This document shows, piece by piece, positions 35,912 to 43,588 of a stretch of DNA of 64,000 nt (position 1 is its first letter; each line of letters starts with the position of its first letter). This DNA comes from a virus (lineage: Duplodnaviria > Caudoviricetes): the IMG/VR virus record IMGVR_UViG_3300032007_000071, positions 10,074 to 74,073 of that record; one strand, written 5' to 3'. Position numbers and translations under genes: made by a program. The notes beneath the pieces are model-generated. The model ran no database searches. It saw only the letters and a list, made by a program, of their open reading frames with translations, and was not told where the DNA came from.

Positions 35912-36247
35912 ATGAAGACAACGAAGATTACAAAGGATCAAGCTATCACAATCATCAAAAACATCTTACGTGAGGGTTGTTCAATACCAATGGCTTCCCT
36001 CGGAAATGGTGGTGGCGGGTTGTGTTACTTGGACCCTCCACCTTCCAACGACGAAACCCCAGAGTTCCTCTCAACTCTCAAAGACAAGTCCTTCCGTATC
36101 GTTCCAACCTCTGAAATCTCAGAGGAGTTCGGAGGTCTTCACTTTTCCGAAGACTACGACGTATGCGTCGAGTTTTCATCCATGGACGGCAGTAACCCCA
36201 GTCGCGAGCAATACCTTTTGTGGAACATCGACTATTACAAAGATTAA
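35912..36247 (+). CDS. acidic hypothetical protein
   Basis: 111 aa. Confidence 0.65.
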   Translation: MKTTKITKDQAITIIKNILREGCSIPMASLGNGGGGLCYLDPPPSNDETPEFLSTLKDKSFRIVPTSEISEEFGGLHFSEDYDVCVEFSSMDGSNPSREQYLLWNIDYYKD

Positions 36248-36430
36248 CATTCTAAGCCCTACCGCAACACGGTTGAGCGGGAAACTATGACCGATGATGT
36301 AGAGGAGGAAATCGAGTTCAGCGACGACTATGCCGTGGACGAAGTAGGCCGCCCATACCGTGAAGATGAAGAATAAGACTGATGGATCGGTCTTATTCCG
36401 CCCAACAACAACCCATTAAACACAATCACT

Positions 36431-36634
36431 ATGTCTTACCGCAAACTTCGCAAGCGCTATCAGCGCATGGACCACGGCAATACCGTGCAGTTCAAACTCT
36501 ACGACAAAGACCATCGGGTAATGAAGAAAGCGACCAAGAAAGCCACCGCAAAGATCATGAAGCAGTGCGTGTGGCGGAACTGGAACGCCTTGCACTATCT
36601 CGCAGTGGCCGCTAAAGAATGTCAGCATGAATAA
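36431..36634 (+). CDS. small basic hypothetical protein
   Basis: 67 aa, tcactATG start. Confidence 0.55.
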   Translation: MSYRKLRKRYQRMDHGNTVQFKLYDKDHRVMKKATKKATAKIMKQCVWRNWNALHYLAVAAKECQHE

Positions 36635-36797
36635 CCAACCCGCTTATGGTGCTTGCTCCGTCGTCTACCGTTTGGCAGACGGCAGGGAGCAGCACCTGGC
36701 TGCCTATATCCCCAACGAGAAGGTACGCCAAACCTACATCGAACGAGCCAACAAGTTTGGACTCGAAATAACAATAACACCCATCAAAAACAAATAG
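36627..36797 (+). CDS. small hypothetical protein (56 aa, not in the ORF track)
   Basis: MNNQPAYG...TPIKNK* overlaps the previous stop and abuts the next start. Confidence 0.5.
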   Translation: MNNQPAYGACSVVYRLADGREQHLAAYIPNEKVRQTYIERANKFGLEITITPIKNK

Positions 36798-36799
36798 CT

Positions 36800-37081
36800 A
36801 TGTATCAAGCATCCGTTTCAAACCAGCACGGTAATTATGTTGTGACCGTCTGCATGGACGACATTCACGGCTTCCGTCCTTTTGCCAACTTCGGTTGGAA
36901 TCAAGGGGCAGCTATGGAGACCCGCGACCTGATTAATCGTGGTCGTATCGAATACGAGCGGGTATGCGCCAAGATCCGCCTATACGACCCAAAGGTGCTC
37001 TACGGTTATCCTCGTTATCGTGGCAACCGCATCGAATTCACACGCCGTAGAAAATACGTCGGGGAGACCTTCGAAGAATAA
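36800..37081 (+). CDS. hypothetical protein
   Basis: start moved to the ATG at 36800; followed by a terminator. Confidence 0.6.
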   Translation: MYQASVSNQHGNYVVTVCMDDIHGFRPFANFGWNQGAAMETRDLINRGRIEYERVCAKIRLYDPKVLYGYPRYRGNRIEFTRRRKYVGETFEE

Positions 37082-37104
37082 GCAATCAATACGAGCTTTA
37101 TCTG

Positions 37105-37135
37105 CCTCGTCCGAAAATCGGGCGAGGATTTTTTT
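37105..37135 (+). terminator. intrinsic terminator
   Basis: cctcgtccg/cgggcgagg plus T-tract. Confidence 0.65.
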
Positions 37136-37159
37136 ATCATCAACCTAAAATCAAAAGCT

Positions 37160-38059
37160 ATGAGAAATCTGTTTTCTTTCGCAGCCGTGGCACTCGTCTG
37201 TGCCGCTTGTACCAATCAGACCGAACTGGCAGAGACCAGTGAAGCATCAGTAGAGAAGCAGCGGGTGACGCTCTCTTTCTCGCCCTTCACGATGACCCCC
37301 ATGGGAGCCAAGGCAAGAGTGACAACCCGTGCTACGGTGCCGGTCAGTGACGTGGTGAACCGCCTCGACGTGTGGCTGATGGAGGGAGACTCCACCACGG
37401 CCCTCACGAAACGTGAGGTGGTAGCGGAAAGTCACCAGACCGCCACAGACGATGGCTTCGGCTCGTTGTCGCTCACACTCGACAAGAGCAAGACCTACAC
37501 CCTCTATGCCATCGGCCACAAGGAGAGTGCGCCCACGACACTCTCCACGGGGGTGGTATCGTTCCCGGACACGAAGAAGTCGCAGACGCTCTATTATTCT
37601 ACTACCTTCACGCCCGCCACAACAACGACCCTTGAATGTAAGATGCTTCGGGCGGTGGGTATGTTCCGGGTCGTCATCGAAGACGAGATACCCTCTGAGG
37701 TGAAGAAGATTTCTATCACCGCGGACGGAACGCCGACACAGTGGAGCTTCCCACAACATGCGGGCATCACGCCGACGGACACCTACTCCATATCGTGGAC
37801 GAGTTTCAAGCACGAGGCGGACGGCACCATGTCGTTTAGTATCTATATCTTAAGCAGTGACACGGAGAAACGCTATTCCATCACGGTCTCTGCCTATGGC
37901 GCCGACGGAGCCGTGTTGAAGACCCGCACATTCACGGACGTGCCTATCCGCAACAACTACCGCACGATCTACACCGGCCGCTTCTTTAAGGACACGCCCT
38001 TTTCCTCTAAGTTTCGGGTGGAGGAAGACTGGCTGGAATATGACGCAGTAGCGTATTAA
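37160..38059 (+). CDS. FimB/Mfa2-family (type V pilus anchor-like) lipoprotein
   Basis: lipobox VCAAC, TTRA processing-like site, GTYTLYAIGH-like strand, C-terminal FRVEEDW motif. Confidence 0.7.
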   Translation: MRNLFSFAAVALVCAACTNQTELAETSEASVEKQRVTLSFSPFTMTPMGAKARVTTRATVPVSDVVNRLDVWLMEGDSTTALTKREVVAESHQTATDDGFGSLSLTLDKSKTYTLYAIGHKESAPTTLSTGVVSFPDTKKSQTLYYSTTFTPATTTTLECKMLRAVGMFRVVIEDEIPSEVKKISITADGTPTQWSFPQHAGITPTDTYSISWTSFKHEADGTMSFSIYILSSDTEKRYSITVSAYGADGAVLKTRTFTDVPIRNNYRTIYTGRFFKDTPFSSKFRVEEDWLEYDAVAY

Positions 38060-38066
38060 TCTCATC

Positions 38067-38804
38067 GGTCGCTTCGCCCCCTTCCTTTTGGGCGCTACGC
38101 TTGAAATTTTACTTAAAATTTCTACTTAAAATTTTACTTAAAATTTGGCTGACGCGACGATTGTTGGTCGCTTCGCTTGAAATTTTACTTAAAATTCTTA
38201 CTTAAAATTTTACTTAAAATTCCATGCGGAACCGGATGCAGTAGGGAGCGGAGCGACTGCTTATCGTTTTCTTAAATTTAATTCGCCATGAATGTAATAG
38301 AAGAACATAACGCTCCGTTGGAACCGATGCGGGTCATCACGGGCGTTGCAATGAAAGTACATGCAAAATTCCGTTCCGGTCTGTTGGAATCCGCTTATGA
38401 GGCAGCAATGGAATACTTGCTGAAGAAAGGCGGCCATGTAGTAGAGCGGCAGAAAGAGCTGCCCATATTTTGGGACGATGTTCGCTTGAATCAAACTTAC
38501 CGTATGGACTTGGTGATTGACGGAGTGATTGTAGAGCTCAAATCCGTCAGCCATACGACCGATGCACACCTTCGCCAACTGTGGAACTACATGCGTCTTA
38601 CTCATACGGAGTATGGTATGCTTATCAATTTTGGTGCTGAGCATCTGTTCTCTGTGTGGTTTCGTCGTGATCCGATTACTAACCGCATCGAGCGGGTAAA
38701 GCTCCTTTAGCGGTTTGCGCCAGCCAAATTTTAAGTAAAATTTTAAGTAAGAATTTTAAGTAAAATTTCAAGCGAAGCGCCCCGTAACAAGGGAGCTTGC
38801 GACC
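38067..38804 (+). mobile_element. GNA-hairpin/AT-arm element, copy 7, enclosing a GxxExxY nuclease gene (candidate autonomous copy)
   Basis: left arms at about 38092 and 38170, right inverted arm 38718-38782 is a near-perfect reverse complement of the left arms; mobility is inferred. Confidence 0.55.
38288..38710 (+). CDS. GxxExxY protein (PD-(D/E)XK nuclease-like)
   Basis: SGLLESAY signature, YRMDLVIDGVIVELKSV, QLWNYM...GMLINFG. Confidence 0.9.
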   Translation: MNVIEEHNAPLEPMRVITGVAMKVHAKFRSGLLESAYEAAMEYLLKKGGHVVERQKELPIFWDDVRLNQTYRMDLVIDGVIVELKSVSHTTDAHLRQLWNYMRLTHTEYGMLINFGAEHLFSVWFRRDPITNRIERVKLL

Positions 38805-38838
38805 GAAACCAAACGAATCGTTTGCACTTGCAAACAAC

Positions 38839-38885
38839 AAAGGGAGCTATCGGCCCAAGCACCGATGGCTCCCTTTTCTTTTCCT
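38839..38885. terminator. hairpin between convergent operons (probably bidirectional terminator)
   Basis: aagggagctatcgg/ccgatggctcccttt with A-rich and T-rich flanks. Confidence 0.65.
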
Positions 38886-38902
38886 TTGCTTGAAAATCCA
38901 AA

Positions 38903-39385
38903 CTAAGCAGTTATCAGCTGTAGTCCCATGAGGTTATCCACCTTGAACGACACGCTTGTCTTGGCATCCTCCCGGTTCACCTCACACGCGTAGGTATCCT
39001 GAGTGGCTGTCACGAACGCACGCGCGCCCCCACGGAACGTGAGCAACAGATGGCACGGCGTGCGCTCCAGGGTCGTCAGATAGCCCCACGTCGTCTTGTC
39101 CCGGTCGTCGGCCTCACAAGACACCGTGACCGTGTGCTTGCGCCCGGCCACGCTGTCGCTCTCATCGTCCTTCACCTTTCCCGTGCCCCGCATGATCGGA
39201 ATGAGTTTTCCGCCCGTCGTGGCAGGAAATGCCCCGATGACGATAGCGCTCGTGAGGGTAGGGGAGAAATCGGTACTCGGGATGGTCGGAGACACCTGCC
39301 AGGCATGAGTGCCCGGGGAGTAGTCAGTCACCGGGATGGCCGTGACCGACAACAGACCATTGAGGTCGAACTCCTTGCAGTCCAT
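38903..39385 (-). CDS. conserved Bacteroidales phage protein at the end of the head module
   Basis: 160 aa beta-rich ORF co-directional with the capsid operon. Confidence 0.7.
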   Translation of the reverse strand: MDCKEFDLNGLLSVTAIPVTDYSPGTHAWQVSPTIPSTDFSPTLTSAIVIGAFPATTGGKLIPIMRGTGKVKDDESDSVAGRKHTVTVSCEADDRDKTTWGYLTTLERTPCHLLLTFRGGARAFVTATQDTYACEVNREDAKTSVSFKVDNLMGLQLITA

Positions 39386-39388
39386 GGC

Positions 39389-40078
39389 TTAGTCCTCCTC
39401 TGACTGTTCTGACCGAATGACCGTCGCAGACGACTCTTCTTGGGTCTCGTCCATGCTCACGGGCAGGCTCCCTGCCTCTGGCTCTGTGGCACTCTCTGCC
39501 TTTGGCTCGTCGGCACTCTCTGTCTTACGCTCGGCTTTCTGCTTGCGTGCGGTACGCTTGGTGGGCTTCGCCACTTCCGTGTAACGTTTCCAAAGGGCAT
39601 CTACCTCTCCTTGTACAGCTGTGGCCTCACAGACGAAGTGTTCCCCATAGCGGAAGTTGAGTGGTCCCGTCACCGCAAGGTCGGGGAGCAGCAGCACGGT
39701 GTCGGTCTGTGCCTTGTCCACAAGCGTCAGTCGGTCGGGGAACGGATTGTTCTTGACCCACTGGGAGGCCTTGGGAGAGGCACTGTCGCCTAAGTCGGCA
39801 ATGATCGTCAGCTTGTGCAGGCAGTTCATGCGGCCTTTTCCGTCCATGCGTCCCCACGTCCGTCTCATCCATTCGTAGATGATGTCGGCAGCCTGGTCGG
39901 GAACGGCCGGCGCCGCTATGATCATGTCGATCTCGACATAGCGTGAGAGGATGGCTGGCAGCAGTTCAGTCAGCGACATATCTCCGTAGCCTTCAAAAAG
40001 CGTTTTCCCGTTGTCTCCTATCGCGTCGCGCAACATCGGGAATTGTTTCTGTGCGCAACATGGTTCTATTGTCATCAT
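39389..40078 (-). CDS. hypothetical phage protein
   Basis: 229 aa, co-directional. Confidence 0.75.
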   Translation of the reverse strand: MMTIEPCCAQKQFPMLRDAIGDNGKTLFEGYGDMSLTELLPAILSRYVEIDMIIAAPAVPDQAADIIYEWMRRTWGRMDGKGRMNCLHKLTIIADLGDSASPKASQWVKNNPFPDRLTLVDKAQTDTVLLLPDLAVTGPLNFRYGEHFVCEATAVQGEVDALWKRYTEVAKPTKRTARKQKAERKTESADEPKAESATEPEAGSLPVSMDETQEESSATVIRSEQSEED

Positions 40079-40088
40079 AGTCGTTGTG

Positions 40089-41315
40089 TTATTTGATGTT
40101 AGTGGTTGGTATGTGGTAGGTCGCTGGGAACGCCGTGAAGAGTTTCTTGTGACGCAGTTCCCGGGCCTCCCGTGCTTGTCGTTCCTTCGCTTCCTCCACG
40201 TTCTTTGCGTCCCGTTCTTTTTGCGCCTCCCGCTCCTTCACCTGATTGTAGATAGGGGTGTCGATGACGGCATCGCCGAGTGCGGAGAGGTTGTCCTCGA
40301 CATACTGGCACGCCATGGCCATCGCTTGCTGGGCGTCCGACATCGCGTCCCGTTGCAACAATCTCTCTTTGGAAGGCGTGAGCGTGGTGCGACGGCTGTC
40401 TACATAGAAAGCCAGGGCCGTGCGGAGCATGGAAAGCAACTCCTCGGCAGCGTTGGTAGGAATCGGATTTTTGGTCTCTCCGTCTGAGGTGGTCGTGGCA
40501 TCGGACTCCAGTCCGTTTGAATAGTTGACGATCGCCTTCAGCAACTTGGCACCGATCCGTGGCTTGATGTAGGTGTTCTGGCAAAAGCGGATGTCACGCA
40601 CCAATGATACGTAGGTCATGCGGTCGCCGTTGATGTTCAGATACTCGTTGAGCACCCTTGCCGTCTGAAAGAGCAGGTCACGATGGAGATAGAACGCGTC
40701 GGCTTCCTTCCACAGTTCCGTGAAGAGGCGGTCGCCTTTGGCATCGGCTTCGAGGAAGAGGAGAAGCGTATCGACAGCCCGTCCCGCACTCATGTAGGCA
40801 TCCTTTGCCACACGTTCCATGCGCTTGTCGTCGGCAGGATCGTAGCCGTCAGCACTCACCACGTTCATGCCGCCACCCTCGTTGAAGGAGACGGTGAGCA
40901 GTCCTGCCTTGTGCGCCAACATCTTGTAGAACTCAATCTGTTGGCAGATACGCAGCAGTCTGACGGTCTGCAGGTCTTCCGCCGTGACGTCGCTGTCCTC
41001 GGCCGATGGCTCTGACGCGTCGGCAGAGAGATTGCCGTTGGAGATGTCGTTGAGACGGTCGGTCACGTGCGCATAGGGCACGGCGGGGTTCTTTCGCGCC
41101 TTGCCAGTGGGGGAGATGGTCGTCGAGGTGATGTCGGTATAGCTTTCGCGCAGTCGCTCGCACTCCGTGCACAGATGTGCGTAGAGCGCAGCTCCCAACA
41201 GGGGTTCCAGGGCTACCCGCTCTTCCTCTTCGAGATAGCCATAGAGCTGTTGCGGTCGGCTCCAGCGTGCCGTGGGCATCAGACTGACGATTTCGTTTTC
41301 GGTCTTTATAAACAT
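40089..41315 (-). CDS. putative head-tail adaptor-like protein (DUF6712-like)
   Basis: N-terminal YLEEEERVALEPLLG..LY pattern and position after capsid and tube-like genes. Confidence 0.5.
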   Translation of the reverse strand: MFIKTENEIVSLMPTARWSRPQQLYGYLEEEERVALEPLLGAALYAHLCTECERLRESYTDITSTTISPTGKARKNPAVPYAHVTDRLNDISNGNLSADASEPSAEDSDVTAEDLQTVRLLRICQQIEFYKMLAHKAGLLTVSFNEGGGMNVVSADGYDPADDKRMERVAKDAYMSAGRAVDTLLLFLEADAKGDRLFTELWKEADAFYLHRDLLFQTARVLNEYLNINGDRMTYVSLVRDIRFCQNTYIKPRIGAKLLKAIVNYSNGLESDATTTSDGETKNPIPTNAAEELLSMLRTALAFYVDSRRTTLTPSKERLLQRDAMSDAQQAMAMACQYVEDNLSALGDAVIDTPIYNQVKEREAQKERDAKNVEEAKERQAREARELRHKKLFTAFPATYHIPTTNIK

Positions 41316-41335
41316 ATCGTATCGTTTTATGGGTT

Positions 41336-41378
41336 AAAAAGAAAGAGGCCCAGGCCGCTGATGCAGTGCCTGGGCCTC
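41336..41378 (-). terminator. intrinsic terminator
   Basis: gaggcccaggc/gcctgggcctc with an A-rich tract on the left. Confidence 0.65.
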
Positions 41379-41413
41379 GTGCCTATTGAGGATTGATACG
41401 CGGATGAGCTTGA

Positions 41414-42019
41414 TTATCCGTGAGACTCAGAAGAGGAAGGGGTAGTGGAAGCAGCCGTCGCATCGGCCTGGTCGATGTTGCCGTACCACTTGGTCTTGGA
41501 GTAGAGCTGATAGTCGCACTTCACGGTGAAGGTCTGACCGTGGTCGTCGGTGCGCTTGGTGCCGGTGTCTGACTTCACAGACCACTCTGCCTCGCCGTTC
41601 TCATTACCAACGACGATGAACTCCTTCAGGCCGTCGGCGTTTGTCTGGCCGGTGAAGAAGAAGTAGAGGAACTTGTCGCTGTTGTGCAGGACACGGCTGG
41701 TGAAAACCATATCGTCCTCGGAGAGCTCCACACGGCCCGTAGCGGTGCCGCTCCAGCCTTTGCCCGTGCCGTTGTCGTCGGAAGAGTACTGACCCGTCTG
41801 ACTCTTATAGTCGATACGGTAGCCTTGAAGGGCGGGCGTAGCAGAAGCTGACTCTCCGGCCTTTGCCTTAGCCTTGATGTCGTACTGGTTCTTCTCGGCG
41901 TTGGCGGTGATGGACGCAATGTTCTCGAGAGGTACGGCAAACAGATAGTTGCCGAGACCTGCAGGATTCTCTGTGCAAGTTGCGCCGGAGATAACGGATT
42001 TTGGAATACAAGATGTCAT
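41414..42019 (-). CDS. virion structural protein, possibly major tail tube-like
   Basis: 201 aa beta-rich, N-terminal C-x-C pattern, directly after the capsid gene, followed by a terminator. Confidence 0.45.
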   Translation of the reverse strand: MTSCIPKSVISGATCTENPAGLGNYLFAVPLENIASITANAEKNQYDIKAKAKAGESASATPALQGYRIDYKSQTGQYSSDDNGTGKGWSGTATGRVELSEDDMVFTSRVLHNSDKFLYFFFTGQTNADGLKEFIVVGNENGEAEWSVKSDTGTKRTDDHGQTFTVKCDYQLYSKTKWYGNIDQADATAASTTPSSSESHG

Positions 42020-42121
42020 AGTCGTAATTGTTATTTTGTGTTTGTGTTGTTGTTTGAATGGGCCGATAAGAGGGCGGCGACTGACTCAGCGGCCAGCCGC
42101 CGCAGCACCTCCTATGACTTG

Positions 42122-43489
42122 TTAGGGCTCGGGCTGTTTACCGCCCTCAGAGCCCGATTCTGTGCCTGTGCCTGCGCCAGCACCTGTGCCTGCGCCTGCG
42201 GAAGCGCCAGCACCTGCGGGAGCGGTCTCAGCCTTCTCGAACTGAGCCAGCAGCTTGACGTTGCCACCACCGAACTTGTAGTTGTAGGGGTTCTCTTTTG
42301 CGCCGTCGTTCCAACCTACGAACTTATAGCCGCTTGCAGGAGTAGCCTTGACGGTGATGACGTCACCCTCCTCGTAGAGGTCCTTCTTGCCGGAAGTGAT
42401 CTCGGCCGTACCCTCCTTCGTGTCGGAAGAATCAACGGTGAACACGTCAGCGATGTAGTCGCCGGCAGGCACGTTGTTAGGCACGTTGGTCTGGTCGTTG
42501 ACACAGATAGAGCGCGGAGAGTAGTCGCGGACACGCGTATCCTGGGCGGTCTGAACCTGATAGTCGTAGAGGTTGTGATCGTCGCTGTTGCGCTCAACGG
42601 TGATGTTGGCCTGACCCTCCGGACGGATGTCACAGATGTACTCCAAGATACCTGGGAGAGCGAAGATAATCTCCGATCCCTTACCCATAGCAGAGTGCGT
42701 GACGAGCGTAACGTTCTTCATCTGAGAGAACTTCCAACCCTCCTTCAGTGTATCGGGAGCCAGCTGCGGGTGCTTGACCATGTAACCCTCGACGATCTTG
42801 TCGGCGAGAGGAGAGCTGACGTATGCCATCAACTCCTCGGCAGCACGCAGGTCGTCGTTGAGCGCCTGATACATAGCCTTGAACGCTTCATAGGCTTCCT
42901 CTGGATCGACGCTTGATGACATCAGATCGCCTGTCTTGACAAGGTTGCCGATAGCCTCGCTGATGGTGCCATCGGTGATAGCCTTGGCAATCTTGGTGTA
43001 GATACCATCGTAGAGTGAAAGGCCGAGTTTCACCTGGTTCTCTGCTGTCTCTGGCAGCTTGGCGTTGGCCTTGTTACCGAAGAAGACGTTTGCACGTACA
43101 TCCCGTGCGTGGCTCTCAGCGATCTTGTTGAGCAGGAACTGCGTCTGCTCAGCGTTTGTCGTGCCGTCGGGATTGACGTGGAAAGGCTCCTTCTCGCGGT
43201 ACTTCTGTACGTTGTCCTGCGGGTGTGTGACAGCGAGGATCACCTTTGCGGGGTTCTCGATGACCTTACCCAGCTGGACTTTCTTTACGGCACCCGGATG
43301 GTACTGGCGAGCCTGCAGTCCCTTGTCGTTGAAGAGGAAGAGCTTGTCGAGGTTCTCTACGTCGGTGGTGATGGTGAACTTAAGGTTTGGGAGCATCTGG
43401 TCGTTGAGCATGGAAGCACGAGAGACCAGATCGGTGTGCAACTGCTCAGTGACAGTCTGCACTTGGCTAAGACTAATTGCGTATGCCAT
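42122..43489 (-). CDS. major capsid protein with C-terminal InlB-B/Flg_new-like repeat domain
   Basis: directly downstream of the S49 protease; C-terminal YEEGDVITVKATPASGYKFVGWND...LLAQFE repeat-domain signature. Confidence 0.7.
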   Translation of the reverse strand: MAYAISLSQVQTVTEQLHTDLVSRASMLNDQMLPNLKFTITTDVENLDKLFLFNDKGLQARQYHPGAVKKVQLGKVIENPAKVILAVTHPQDNVQKYREKEPFHVNPDGTTNAEQTQFLLNKIAESHARDVRANVFFGNKANAKLPETAENQVKLGLSLYDGIYTKIAKAITDGTISEAIGNLVKTGDLMSSSVDPEEAYEAFKAMYQALNDDLRAAEELMAYVSSPLADKIVEGYMVKHPQLAPDTLKEGWKFSQMKNVTLVTHSAMGKGSEIIFALPGILEYICDIRPEGQANITVERNSDDHNLYDYQVQTAQDTRVRDYSPRSICVNDQTNVPNNVPAGDYIADVFTVDSSDTKEGTAEITSGKKDLYEEGDVITVKATPASGYKFVGWNDGAKENPYNYKFGGGNVKLLAQFEKAETAPAGAGASAGAGTGAGAGTGTESGSEGGKQPEP

Positions 43490-43588
43490 AATCTAACTGT
43501 TTATGTGTTTGTGTTCGAAAATTTGTGTTTGTGTTGTTGCTGCAAAATTAATGCGTTGGCTGTCAGAAGTCAAGGGCGTCGTTGAGAC

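Noticed and set aside
15197-38059. Conjugative element (ICE) interpretation of the ard/pcf block
   Set aside because: No relaxase, coupling protein or tra genes are visible, while capsid and protease genes are contiguous with the block.
1133-38804. AT-arm elements as integron attC sites or standard IS/MITE ends
   Set aside because: No GTTRRRY/RYYYAAC cores, no integron integrase or DDE/HUH transposase in the window, and I could not identify target-site duplications by eye.
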